64,000 nt of DNA from assembly GCF_000143415.4 (NCBI RefSeq), contig NW_003314293.1, positions 1,198,431 to 1,262,430 of the forward strand, written 5' to 3'. How positions within the stretch are numbered: position 1 is the stretch's first letter; every line of letters begins with the position of its first letter. A program made the position numbers and the translations under genes. The notes under the pieces were generated by a model that did not search any database, had not been told where the DNA came from, and worked only from the letters and a program-made list of their open reading frames with translations. Positions 1-12,550 of the stretch are shown here, one piece after another. This DNA comes from Selaginella moellendorffii (lineage: Eukaryota; Plantae; Lycopodiophyta).

Positions 1-116
1 GTCTAGCAATACCAACCTCCTGTCGTCATGGTAGTAAGGAAAGAGTGTCCGTAAGGACTGGCCGATAGGTAACTTTTGATATCCAAAGTCACATTCGTGA
101 TACTCTCCCCCCCTTA
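1..116 (-). mobile_element. PPT and start of the 3' LTR of an old LTR retroelement (runs off the window)
   Basis: Minus strand reads AAGGGGGGGAGAG (PPT) directly followed by TATCACG, a probably mutated TGTCACG LTR start at 102. 117-3329 is degenerate non-coding sequence with no credible ORF. Confidence 0.45.
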
Positions 117-3100
117 GGGAAGATTGATGTCCTCGTCGATGCATACGCCAGTCTAGACCACTGCAGCCAAGGAAACAAATTCACGGTGATCACACTATGT
201 GAGAAATGCATCAACTTAAATGAGTTAGGGTAACCCCTTTATCTAAAATGGATGTGCTACCAACTTAGACACCTTCCGGCTGTCACCAACAAGGAAATAA
301 CCAATGGAGTTAGCTACCCTTGCTGCTTTGGGTGTGACCCAGCTTACAGAAGTGTGATACACCCCTGCCCACAGGGACATAGAGAGAGAAGCCAGAGGCC
401 CCAACCCTCTTGAGCAAAGAAACCAAACCCGTCGGTAAGGTTTAGATAGACTACTGTAAACAGACACTTAGAGTTGTTTACACAGTCACACCCTTTTAAT
501 AGAATAAGAAACATCGACAAAGAGGCAGGTGATGTGACCAGTTGAGAGTAGCTACCCCATGACTAGAGATTTCACCATGCACATGAAGTGCCAAAGCCAG
601 TTTGCCTATACTGGCCCAAACTCAAAGATCAATAGAGGGACAATATCAAAATCATAGACAATGATATCTTAGAGACTTAATTATCAATGAATAAAGCCTA
701 ATTTAGAACACAAAAGTATTCCAAATAAGTTATCATCCGATAAACCAGTATTTGAGTATAGAAACCACCAAGATCATCATTTTTGGAAACATAGAATTCA
801 CCATCCAACAAAACTTAATAGCAACTGTATCATTAAGAAAACTCAATGATAAAACTTAACTATCAAATATTGTAGAAAGCGTGCTAAACTATTTATAAAA
901 GACAACTAAGAGAATACAAAGTATCATCAACAGGCAAGCACAATGCTTGCGAATGTATCACCCAAAGGAAATAACATTCTAATCTATTAGAATAAACTCG
1001 AGCAACAATCAACATAACAAAATGAATACGGTAATACCAATAAACACTCATTCATATTAACTATCACACTAGCCAATATGAATAGATCCCAGTCAATAAT
1101 ACAATGGAACTAGAGTTGCTCAAGCAAGGGTTAGCAACATTCTATCGATGTCTCGAACTCAAGAGACCAATCCATAGCAAACCACAAAGAACATGTGGTA
1201 ATGCAAAAAGCCAAAAGCCATCAAAGGAAACAACTAACCATCATGAAAGATTATCAATCATCCCATCAAAAAGAGATATGCATAATCATCATCAAAGAAA
1301 GAATCCACCATCCCGAAGAATAATAAATCATTCTATATCAATAATACTCAAGCAAAACCTTTTAATAAAGATAATCAACTATCCTAGATGATAGTCAATC
1401 ATCACCAATGATTGCTAATGAGTTAGCTATGCTTTCCTCAACAACTTTTAGTAAATGGAGCAATGAGCATAAAACCCAAAGAACTAAAAGCTTGAAAAAG
1501 CATATAGCCAAGTCTTGCCTAACAATGATTACAAATTTCGTATGAACTAACTTCAATGTTAAAGAAGAAATCATGGTATAATCCACAATATCCTCTTCAA
1601 TACATCCATAAGTTAAACTTCATAATGCAAAGCTAATGAAGAGCACAATCCAAAAGCTAAACACAATGAAGTTATGCTCAACAAGTGATCATCAAATAGA
1701 TCCTCCATAAATCCATCTATAGCAGATGTAACTCACTTCATAACACGCACAAGAAGAATCATCAATGATTAATATATTCCAACTCAAATCTAATAAAGAT
1801 TCAAATATTTCAATATCAATCACTAACTCTTCCCATCGTAAAGTTAGTATAGTCCACAACTAAATCACTTTTCAAGGAAAAGCTAAAGCTCAACCCCTAC
1901 TAAATAATCTCGTCTAGAACACAACTAACTTAACTTGCCACTCAGCTCATTTGAATGCTAACATAGTTGCTAACTAGCAAATGCACTCAAAACTCAAAAC
2001 TAATCCAACACCAAGCTACTCAAGGAGCAATAACAAAGTTCCCCAGAGAAGAATTGAGCATTGTAACCAAAGCCTTTTAATAACAAACCTAGACAAAATG
2101 ATTTAGCGCTCCACTACTATCTATCCCACAACTCATCACTTGTAAGACCATCATTTCCAATATGCATCATAGTAGGGACTCCTGATTGCATGATATGAAT
2201 ACAAGCAATGAGTCACACCTCATTGCAAATCATCTCTCTAAAAGAGAAAATGATTTACGTGTTTCATCCTTCATCCCTGACGACTCTCTTTTCGGTCTCT
2301 ACTTTGACCAAACCTCAAGCTTGCTTTCACACTGCCTTCAGTCTAATCCAAGAAAAGTTTATAAGAGAGTATAGCAATGACTACTTGAACCAATAGACTA
2401 ATCCCTATAGTCTTGATTGATCCACTTATAATCATGCTTAGGAAGGATCCATTAGTGCCATGCTAAATAGCTACGGACCAGCCTATTTGCCACTCATAGC
2501 AAACCTAGGGGAGGCTTACTTTCACCCATGGTACATGGAATAACTCATGGAACCACTATTAGGCTGACATTAATCCTGCCAACTCAAAGTGTAACCTTGA
2601 GTTGCTAATTCACCTCACTCACGAGCCTAAGTGCAAACTCATGCTAACGTGCCTCACTCACGAGCCCAAGCGTAAACTCGTGCTAACAAAACATCTCAAA
2701 TCCATTTTATGAGCTCAAGAGAAAGCTCATATAATACGGTACAAAAAGGTAACCAAATCCATACCCAAGGAATGATTGCAAAGCCTTTGCACCCAAATGT
2801 GTACCCACTCGGATCATTGTTTTCATCTCTATGTATGCAACGAGACTAGTTGCCCAATCTCATTGGATAATACTCACTAAGGCTCATCCTCTAATACCAA
2901 ATGTAGCGCTCATGGTTTTGACCCTTTATCCTATGGTGATTTACCATAGGATAACACCACGAAGCAGAACTTAAATCCTCTTTATGCCACATGACACATG
3001 CCATGTGTCCAAGGACAATGGTGCAGAACCCGAGTTTCAAAGCCTTGGGCCACTGAATGAAAGAACAGTGCCAAAATCCCAAGTATGGAGCTAAGGAGCA

Positions 3101-3329
3101 ATGGCACTAGGGCACGGAATGACTCCTGAGCATATAGCCCAAGGAGCGAAGGGATAGGAGCATAGAGTGACTTGGAACAATTCTAGAGCATCCAGCATCC
3201 TAATGCTAGGACCAATATGCAAAACGGAGTTAAACGAAGTCTGGCGCTATTTCAGCATACTAGTGGCCTAATACGAAGACATGGGTACTCCATCAGTTAA
3301 CATGGTGTAGAGCTTGGGCTTAGACCCAA

Positions 3330-4003
3330 TGTAGCGCATGTGATCATGGGATGAGATTTGAATATACTGTCACCGTGGATCCTTGGAACCTTGGGGGATA
3401 AATGGGGATAAAATAGCCACTAAGGGCTCTCTCATCAAGCAATTGCCCCTTTTCCAGTTGGCTTAAGGGGAGAGAGATAAGGTGCATTACAGTTGGTATC
3501 GGAGCAAATGACACGGGTTCGATTCCCATTGATTAGTCTACTTAAAAATATAATATACCCTTGAGCAAGGTATATTCCTACCCCTAAATTTGAAATCGTA
3601 CGTATTGGGCATTCATGCGTACGCCTTTCCTCTTGTGTGGAGATCCACGGACGAAGGTATCCACCGTGGGACTACGGTACGGGTGGATGACTAGTTGCCT
3701 CACATGGAATAGCTAGTCTACACAATGGAAGGATTAGTAGATTGAGTGTGGAAATGGAGGTGCTATTTTCCCTTGGCTTAGTAAGAGTTGCTAGTCAATA
3801 GTCAATGAGGACATTGACATCTCTGAAGGGGGTTGAGTGTAGCGCATGTGATCATGGGATGGTATCGGAGGCCAATTGGAAAAGGGGCAATTGCTTGATG
3901 AGAGAGCCCTTAGTGGCTATTTTATCCCCATTTATCCCCCAAGGTTCCAAAGATCCACGGTGACAGTATATCCAAATCTCATCCCATGATCACATGCGCT
4001 ACA
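3330..4003 (+). mobile_element. TRIM-like miniature LTR element with an inverted 3' end
   Basis: LTR TGTAGCG..CATTACA 3330-3491; PBS TGGTATCGGAGC at 3494; PPT GAAGGGGGTTGAG before 3838; 3' LTR start 3838-3860; inverted LTR copy 3871-4003; TSD CCCAA at 3325-3329 and 4004-4008. Confidence 0.85.
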
Positions 4004-4358
4004 CCCAAGCCGGATGCAAAACAAGGACAGGCACGCAAGCAGGAGCTAGACTATGCCTTAGGTTGGTCAGCCATGCCTAACCTACCCACTATCCCTACTA
4101 TACACACTTTGGGCTTTCATCCCAAGCCTCCCTTAGTATCAAGAGTTAGTCTTTGGGACAAGCTTGAAACTTATTAAATATGGAATATCCCTAGATTGCG
4201 AATTTGAAAATGGGACAAACACCATTATGTCCACCATTGACACATGACCGACATTGACCACGTGGTCAAAGTTGGTGCCTAACAATTCTTCCCCCCCAAC
4301 AAAGTCCTTGTCCCAAGGACGAGTTGTACTAGTGATCACCCTTTCTGGGGAACCTTGC

Positions 4359-6640
4359 TCAAGCTCTTGGTCCATCTTCCACAGCTGTATACATCAAGGA
4401 GGCATTGGGCTCGTCACTCTGAGATAGTACACCTTTCAACTGGCTGACATAAAATACCAGATGAATTTTCACCCCAGCTGGCAGCCACACCCAATAAGCC
4501 GCTTTACCAATGCGCTCTAGCAGTTCATATGGACCAGTATATCGATGGGAAAGTTTATCACTCTTCCTTGTCCGTAAAGGCACCAAGGTGTTCCGCTGCT
4601 CACTTGACGAAAAAATCACTCGCACAAAGACGAGATCACCCACCTTATATTCCCGGAATTGGTGATGCTCATTGGCAAACTTCTCCGCTCTATCTTGAGC
4701 TGCTTGCAAATTCCGTTTGCACACCACCAGAATCCCATCAAGTTCTGTGGCCAAATCAGTTGCCTCGGAATCAAGCTTATCTTGAACGTCTTTACTCAAA
4801 TGCAAACCCAACTCCACCACTTTTCGAGGATGCCTTCCAAACATGGCAAAATAAGGACTTAGTTTGGTTCCACTGTGTTGGCTATTGTTGTAAGCAAACT
4901 GCACCAACGGAAGATATAGATCCCACTGTCCTTGCCTTTGACCAATGCTACAACGTAGCATATCCTTCACCACCTGATTCACACGCTTGGTTTGCCCATC
5001 CATCTGAGGATGATCTCCACTCGAGAGTTTCAAAGTCACTTGCATAGCCTTTGCAAAGCTTTTCCAAAATCCACTAGTGAACTTTGAATCTCGATCACTA
5101 ATGATATCCTCCGGCAAACCAAAATCAGGAAAAACCTTCTCCAAGTAAACCGCAGCCAAGTCTGAGGCAATGACAGTCTTCCGAAGAGCCAACAACCGCA
5201 CATACTTCGTCAACCGATCCACTATGACCCATACTTGCTCCTTTTGCCTCTGTGTTCGTGGCAAACAAGTGATGAAGTCCATAGAGATACTACACCAACA
5301 GCTCTGAGGAATAGGTAAAGGTTGCAAAAGTCCCCCCGGCTTCTCCCATGGCACCTTAACCCGTTGACAAAGCTTGTGTGATTTACAATACTTGAGGATA
5401 TCAGCCTTCATATTCCTCCAATAAAAGTTGCGCTTAATCAACTCATACGTCTTTTTCCCCCCAAAATGACCGGCCTCTTGACAATCATGATAGTGGAATA
5501 AAACTTGAGTAATTAACGCATCCATCCATGGCAAATATACATGGCCATTGTAGTAGAGAATCCCATCCACCAATGAGAAAGGGGCTTCCATCTAGTCTCG
5601 CAAAGAGGCCACCTCAGCATCCTGAGCCTGAGCATGCTCAACCAACTGCCCAAACTCGCTGACCACCTTACTCAAATGATGACAAAATCGTGTTTGTAAC
5701 GTCGTCACATGACGAACACGAGATAACGCATCTGCCACCACATTTGATTTTCCCGGACGATGCTCAATAGGAAACTCCCCAAACTTCATGAGTTTGACCA
5801 TCCAACGAGCTTGCCTAGTGTTCAACTCCTTCTGTGTGAAAAGATACACAAGTGGTTTGTGATCTGTCAACACCACAAACATTGCACCATAAAGATAGTG
5901 CCACCACGTCCGCAAAGCATGAACAATAGAGAGTAACTCTTGCTCATATGTGGAATAGCGTTGCTCCGCGGAATTCAAAGTTTGACTCTCATATGCAATA
6001 GGCTGTCCCTCTTGCATGAGAACTCCTCCCAGTGCATAACCACTCGCATCACATGTCACCTCGTAAGGTTTCGATGGATGAACAATGCGAAGCATTGGAG
6101 TCTCGCTCAACAATCGCTTCAGCACCACAAAACTCTCCTCTTGTGGCTTCTTCCACTCGAATGGCACATTCTTGCGTAACAATAGTGTCAAAGGAATAGC
6201 CACCTCTGCAAACTTATGCTGGAAACATCGGTAGAAACTAGCCATACCAAGAAAACTGTGCAACTCAGCCACTGTAGTCGGTGTAGGCCAATTTTCCACT
6301 ATAGCCACCTTCCTTGGATCTGTCTTGACACCCTTAGATGTTACAATATGGCCTAGATATTCCACCTTTGACTTTGCAAATTCACATTTGCTCTTCTTCG
6401 CATAAAGTTTGCTATCTCGGAGTAACAAAAGAACCTTGCGCAAATGTACCCTATGCTCCTCCATATTCTTGCTAAAAACAAGAATATCGTCCAAGAAAAT
6501 CTCCACAAACTCATGAAGATAACGCCCAAATACCTTTGTCATCAACCGAGTAAATGTGGCCGGTGCATTCGTCAAACCAAACGGCATAACTGTAAATTCA
6601 AAATGTCTGAAGCTTGTGTTGAATGCCGTCTTGGTGCCTT
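4359..6640 (-). pseudogene. Ty3/gypsy family B pol fragment (RT-RNaseH-integrase), 5'-truncated
   Basis: Motifs MPFGLTNAPATF, FLDDIL, CDASGYALGGVL, NVVADALSR, integrase H..H, SMDFITCLP, SDRDSKFTS, YTGPY. Internal stop at 5592. PPT GGGGGGGAAGAA before an LTR start TGTTAGG at 4284. Near-identical to 51300-53003. Confidence 0.9.
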
Positions 6641-6701
6641 TTGGATTCTTTCCCATGGTTCCCATGGCTCTTTTCTTAGCCATTAGTCTTTTGCTGCTAT
6701 C

Positions 6702-8452
6702 TGTGAGACACAAAATCCCTAGGCCCCAAAGTGGAGCCGGAAAGGGTGCCACGTGGTAGTGGCCGAAGCGAGAGCCAAACGAGCGTAACACGTTTGGACC
6801 AAAAGCTCCGACTTGAAAAGTCAAGAGCGGGAGTGGAACTCCCAACGAAGTGCTCGAGGAACGAGCACGAAGCGATCAAAAGGCGAGGCTCCAAAAAGGG
6901 ACCCAAAAGGGCCAACACATGACACGTGGGAGTGTCCGAGATGGACTCGAGTTGGAGTCCGAAGTGGAGTCCGAGATGGACCCGAGTTGGAGTCCGAAGT
7001 GGAGTCCGAGATGGACCCGAGTTGGAGTCCGAAGTGGAGTCCGAGATGGACCCGAGTTGGAGTCCGAAGTGGAGTCCGAGATGGACCCGAGTTGGAGTCC
7101 GAAGTGGAGTCCGAGATGGACCCGAGATGGAGTCCGAGATGGAGTCCGAAGTGGAGTCCGAGGTGGACCCGAGATGGACCCGAGTTGGAGTCCGAAGTGG
7201 AGTCCAAGATGGACCCGAGATGGACCCGAAATGGAGTCCGAGATGGAGTCCGAGATGGACCCGAGATGGAGTCCGAGATGGACCCGAGATGGACCCGAGA
7301 TGGAGTCCGAGATGGAGTCCGAGATGGAGTCCGAAGTCGGGACCCGATACCGAGACCGAGGCCGAGGCCGAGACCGAGCCCGAGCCCGAGCCCGAGTCCG
7401 AGCCCGAGTCCGAGTCCGAGTCCGAGTCCGAGTCCGAGTCCAAGTCCGGAGCCTGAGAGGGTGAAAGCCCAAAGCGTTCGTCTCCCAGACCCTGGGGGGT
7501 TTGGTGAGCTCCAAAAGTATAGTAGGGGGAGGACTGCAGTGGAGCCAGTTTGGCCAGGAAAGGCCAGTTTGGCCCAGGACGGCCGGACCCAGTGTTGGGT
7601 GATGAGCTGCCCACTGGGAAGTCCAAGACTAGAGTGAACACGGACCGACAAGCGGGGTAGCTTGGTGAAGTGTTCAAGAGCCGGCTCTAGTTCCCCCGGG
7701 AGATCGACTGGCCGATGCTCCCAGTCCAAGTGTGGGTGGCACTACCTACTTGGATACCTGGTGTGGCTCAACGGAACCTCGCTCTAAGCCCATGGCTAGA
7801 GCACCTAAAGACGAAAGGCGGGGAGAGTACCCATGAGGCTTGCGTAAGGCCACGGTGTTCCGAAATGGTGTCCCAAAGTCCCAGACTGTGGAAAGGAAGA
7901 GGGGTAGCCCTCCGGTGTGGTGACCAAGGACACAGTCACACAGTGAGGAAGTCCTAGAGGATAGTGGGACTTAGTGGTCGGGCCGGTGGGCCTCGATCCA
8001 GTGGCAGTGTTAGCGAACACAGCCAAGGACAGAAAGGGACTTGGTGGGGACCGGAACAGAGATATTGGGGAAGGCTATTCCCCATGTCTGTAGGCATCCT
8101 AAGGATGTTAAGGAGTGGATCTGGGACGACCACTCATGGACGGATGACCCAGTCTTTGAGAGACGGGATTGGAATGTAGGTGGTGTTGGACCACCAGTGT
8201 GACCAAGGTAAATGGGCATGGCCTTAGCGTAACGGGCCGATATGTTGGTGGTACCTTGGGGTGTCGATCATGGGATCGGACACGTGGAGCACTTGGACCA
8301 AGTGCTAAGGTTGAGTGGCATGGATGCCATTCTCGGGGCTAGCAAGCCCCAAGTCCTGAGTTGGGCTTATGGAGGTTGTGAATGAGACTCCTCCAAGTGG
8401 TCGGAGGTGTGGTTAAGTGACTAAAGTAGAATGGAAAATTTAGTCGCTTACA
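6702..8452 (+). repeat. 5' LTR of family A element
   Basis: TGTGAGAC...GCTTACA; direct repeat of 12551-14313. Confidence 0.93.
6930..7450. repeat. Hexamer-based minisatellite inside the LTR (GGAGTC/CGAGAT/GGACCC/CGAAGT, then CGAGTC/CGAGCC)
   Basis: Visible 6/12-bp periodicity. Counterparts at 12780-13310, 18670-19340 and 43830-44080; related arrays in family C LTRs (35270-35500, 36295-36580, 42890-43160). Confidence 0.9.
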
Positions 8453-11400
8453 ATTTGGTATCGGAGCTGTTCCTTAGTCCGACTTTTATTGGTGCTCAAG
8501 TATATCACCACTAGTGTTGGCATCGGAAGGTCCGAGGAGTGGGCCTATCCTTGAGGAGTAGCAAGTCGGGAAGACATGGCTCCCCATTACAGTTCATGTG
8601 TGAACTTGTAGACGAGGTGGTGGATAGAAAAGGGCCAATAATGGAACGACTTTGGGATCTTGGGAACAATGCAAGGTTTTCCTCATTGAGTTGAGGATGT
8701 GATCCAGATGAGCATTTGTCTCAGCAAATTGGCTAAGGTTGTTGTGGTAAACAACTAAAGTTGGGATCACGGGAAAGATAGAGACTCCAAAACAATAAAG
8801 GAGTCACAAGTTTATCCTCACATGGTTGAGGCTGGTGCTCATGAAGGTGAGACCGGAATGGATGACCATGAGAGGTCAAGTATGGATGAGGACACGAGTC
8901 CTCGAAATGGTAGCCGGGGCTACCTCTAATAAATGCTGGAACAACCCAAGGAGTTGGGGGTGTATTAAGTGGATGAGTTGGTATTCTCATCACATGGACA
9001 AGTAGTCCTAAGGGGCAAAGGTTGCCCCCAGAGAACAAAATCAAGTGTCGGAGTAACACCTGTGAAAATAGTCCTTTTGAGTAGGACAGGAATGCAAGAA
9101 GTGTATTCCAGTGAGCTAGTGCCTCACAAGTAGGACCTTACGGGTCTGTGGATTAACCAAGTCCAAAACTGCTGGATGACTCAAATAGAGTCAAGGGATG
9201 GTCCTAAAAGGACTGATGGAAGCATTTGGACTGAGGTGTGTTGTACCCCACAAAGGATGCGGGGGGGATCATAGGATCCAAGGATGAGAACAGAGGGTAT
9301 CTCATCGATGGCAAAATGTGCCATGCTAAAGTCGTGGGAAAGGTGTTCCCAAAAAAGAAAACAACTTTGACACAAAGTTGTGTGTGACCTCTATGGTGTA
9401 GTGCTAACGGATGGTTGGCATGAGAAAGAGTGGCATTGGTCTTGGCAAAGACTTAGACACAAAGAAGAAGTGTCATAGAGGTAGGCTCGTGGAGCCGATG
9501 GTGTGGAGACACCAAATGTGCCAAGGTGTGATACCTTGAGGCTATGTTGGTGGGTTCATGAGAACCCCTTGCCAAAGGAATCCCAATGGAAATGGGAATG
9601 GCATAGCCTAAGCTGGAGAGCATGCAGTTGGAGTGTGGTGACCCAGATAATGATGGAGGTGTGAAAGCACCAAGCAATGAGTTGTAGGACTTGACAACTA
9701 TGAGGCAACTAAGCAAGAGGTGCAAAATAACTGGTTAAACGGGTAGAAGGTAGCTACCCAAGACTTCTAGCATAGGGAAGTCGGATATACCCTTGCGGGG
9801 GATAAGTTGCTTATGTTGCGATATAGTAAGTCAATGTCATAAAAGGAAATACTCATTGTCAAGAAAGCCATCATTGGGACACCTGAACACTCTAGAACAC
9901 CAGAAGGTGGTGTTTGATGTCGCGAGGGCAATGGATAAAGCCCAAGGGACTAAGTCCCTAACGAATGATGGATAGAAGATGCTATCCAAATGTCCAACGT
10001 TGCGGAGACAGGAGAGGACTGTCTACCCAAGTTGGACAAAGCCAAAAATGGAATTTTGGCAAGGCTAGTGATGGGCATGTAAAGGCCCATAAGCAACAAT
10101 GTAATCCCAGTGTGTGGGATTATAAGGTGAGCATACCCGGATTGAGGAACCACTCCCTGGGCTATTGGGTAGGTTCATCCCTAAGAATACTTGCTAAGGC
10201 ATGATAGAAAGTGCAAAGCTATCCTCCTGATCTGGAGGAGAATGACCGAAGGAAAGGTGTGAAGCCAAAGGCAAGTAGTATTGGGATGGAACTGAACCAT
10301 AGAAATCGAAGGGCATAACCAAGGTTGGTTATGCCAGCTGGGAGTGGGGAATCAAGTGGGGGCTCGAGGGTGTTGCCGCTAGCAACCGTGACGCCATGGA
10401 GAGTCTAAGTTATGGAATTGTCCATGTTAGACTATGTGGCATTTGGAAGGCTTGCAAAAGGGAGGCCTTAGCAAGCTGAGGGACAGAGTTCCTTCAAGGT
10501 TCCCAAAGACGATTCTAGGTAGCTTAGTACCTAGAAAGGCCAAGTGTAAATGGTTCATGGAATGCGCGAAATCAGAGTGGCGCAGCAGAAGCGTGGTCTT
10601 GAAGCTTGCCATGAGGCAAGGCTATCAAGGGTAGGGAAGTAGTTCCCGAGTGTTCAAAGAGAGGGCTTTGAACGAAAGTCGATGGTCAAGGATTTTCACG
10701 CTTATGCAGGAACCATGTTACAGTGGTCGGAGAACTTGCCAAGCGAGATTGGCACGTCGGGGGAACAAATACCCTAGTTGAAGGTGATAACTTCAAAAAG
10801 GGTGGGCCATGGGGCCGAGCATGGAGGAGTCCATGCATGATCACAGACATGTCAAGTGAGAGGACTTGGCAGTGTGGAGGAACTAGGTTCCTAAGCTGTG
10901 ATCTGTAGCGTGCTTTAAAAATAAGTTGGTGCACCGGCGTGGGGAGTCACGCCAGGCATCTTGTGTGATGCCGTCCGTAGATGCATATACGGAGGTTGGG
11001 TTCGAGTCCCGACCCTCTAGTGCTTGGGTTCGAGTCCCAAATCACTAGGGCGTGGTGATGGTTTGGAATATGGGGACACTCATATTTCGGTGGTCATGGA
11101 CTCTCAGTGGGGAGACTGGTTTGGGCACACCGCCAAGCGAGGGATGCCTCGGAGTCGTGATGCACGGTTAGATTGCTTAGTGTGAAAGCTTAGCATATCT
11201 AACTTGAACGCTTTGGTGCAAGTGGCACCAAGGTCGTGGTGAGTGAGATGGGGACACCTAATCTCAGTTGCTATGAACCCTTGGCTGTAAAGGCTGGCTT
11301 GGGTGCACCGCCAAGTGTGGGGGATGCCCCCGGGGTTATAGTCAACAACTTGGAGGTCTAGAAGACCAAGTACCTCTTGGCAACTCTGTTAAGGTGCCAA

Positions 11401-12550
11401 GGTGAGATCACTAGGTGATCTTATGGCCAGATAAGGACAAGGTCCTTGGTTGGTTAAGGAACGAAGTTCCTGGTTCAAAATGTTGAAATTGAACTGTTTA
11501 AGGTGGTGTGGCTTGGTCGTGATGACCAAGTGGGAAGAGCACATAAGGGAAATAAACTATGTCCGTGCGATGGCATAGTGAGTCCGAGGAAAGTAGTCTC
11601 TATAAAAGACCCATGGGAGGGTCACGAAGTTGGGCCGTGGATAGAGCCCATAGCAGAAGATGCTAAAGAGACGTACTAGGGGTGAACATCCTCCGGACCT
11701 GGCAAAGAAGAGTCTTTGCTATGGAACCGAAACAATACCTCAAGAAGGGAGGTAGAGATTCGATGTTGCTTGGTGCAACAATCAACGGATAGGAGCAAAA
11801 GATGAGTGGCCAAGATAGGGCCGTGGAATCCCTTGGAAGGAATCCAAGAGACAAAGTTAGGCGAGGAACACTAATGTGTTGGACGCTAACAAGTTGCGGG
11901 AAAGGAAGTGTGTTTCCAATGAGGGATTCCGAAATGCTCCGATTTGGCGAAAGTGGAAGCTCCAAGGGAGGGAGCGGTAAAGTAGCCAAATGATAGGGCC
12001 ATGAACAGCCCTAGCACAAAGTATGATAACTGGAACTTTGGCACGAAATAGAAGAGAGGATGATGGTGCCCTCGAGTAGAGAACTTCCTAGGATGGGAAG
12101 TGGAGTTGCACAAAAAGGTGCAAGGCAAGGTGTCGGAGACACCTAGGAAATTGACTCCAAGAAGTCAAAAGAGTAAAAGTTCCAAGGTGCAAACGTTCAA
12201 TAGATGGAAATTGAGACTACTTGAGAAGGAGTAGTGGGATTGACTTAGAGAAGGGTCTCTAAGAGGTTTAGCGAGAACTAAACCAATAAAAGGAGAGAAC
12301 CACTACATGTGGTCCAATCAGTCTCTAAGTTGGAGAGACTACCCTCCTTAGAGGATAGGCAAGGCATGGTGAGCCTTTGGTGTCAAACCATTGAGGCATA
12401 TGCAAAAGGCATGGTGAGCCTTCAATGTCAAACCCTTGACAAATATTGGCTAGGTGCCAAGGATGGAAATGGTAACACATGCGAGTGTTACTTTACAAAA
12501 TGGCTTACCGTTTGATGAGGACATCGAACTTTGTCTATGGGTGGTGGAGT

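Noticed and set aside
117-3329. Short ORFs in the A-rich region
   Set aside because: No recognisable motifs; probably a decayed retroelement interior.
6697-7729. Six-frame ORFs of 170-360 aa (also 12450-13590, 18558-19558, 36295-36600, 42887-43180)
   Set aside because: Artefacts of stop-free hexamer repeats in LTRs.
10995-11040. tRNA gene suggested by GGTTCGAGTCCC
   Set aside because: No cloverleaf or acceptor stem could be built; only B-box-like motifs.
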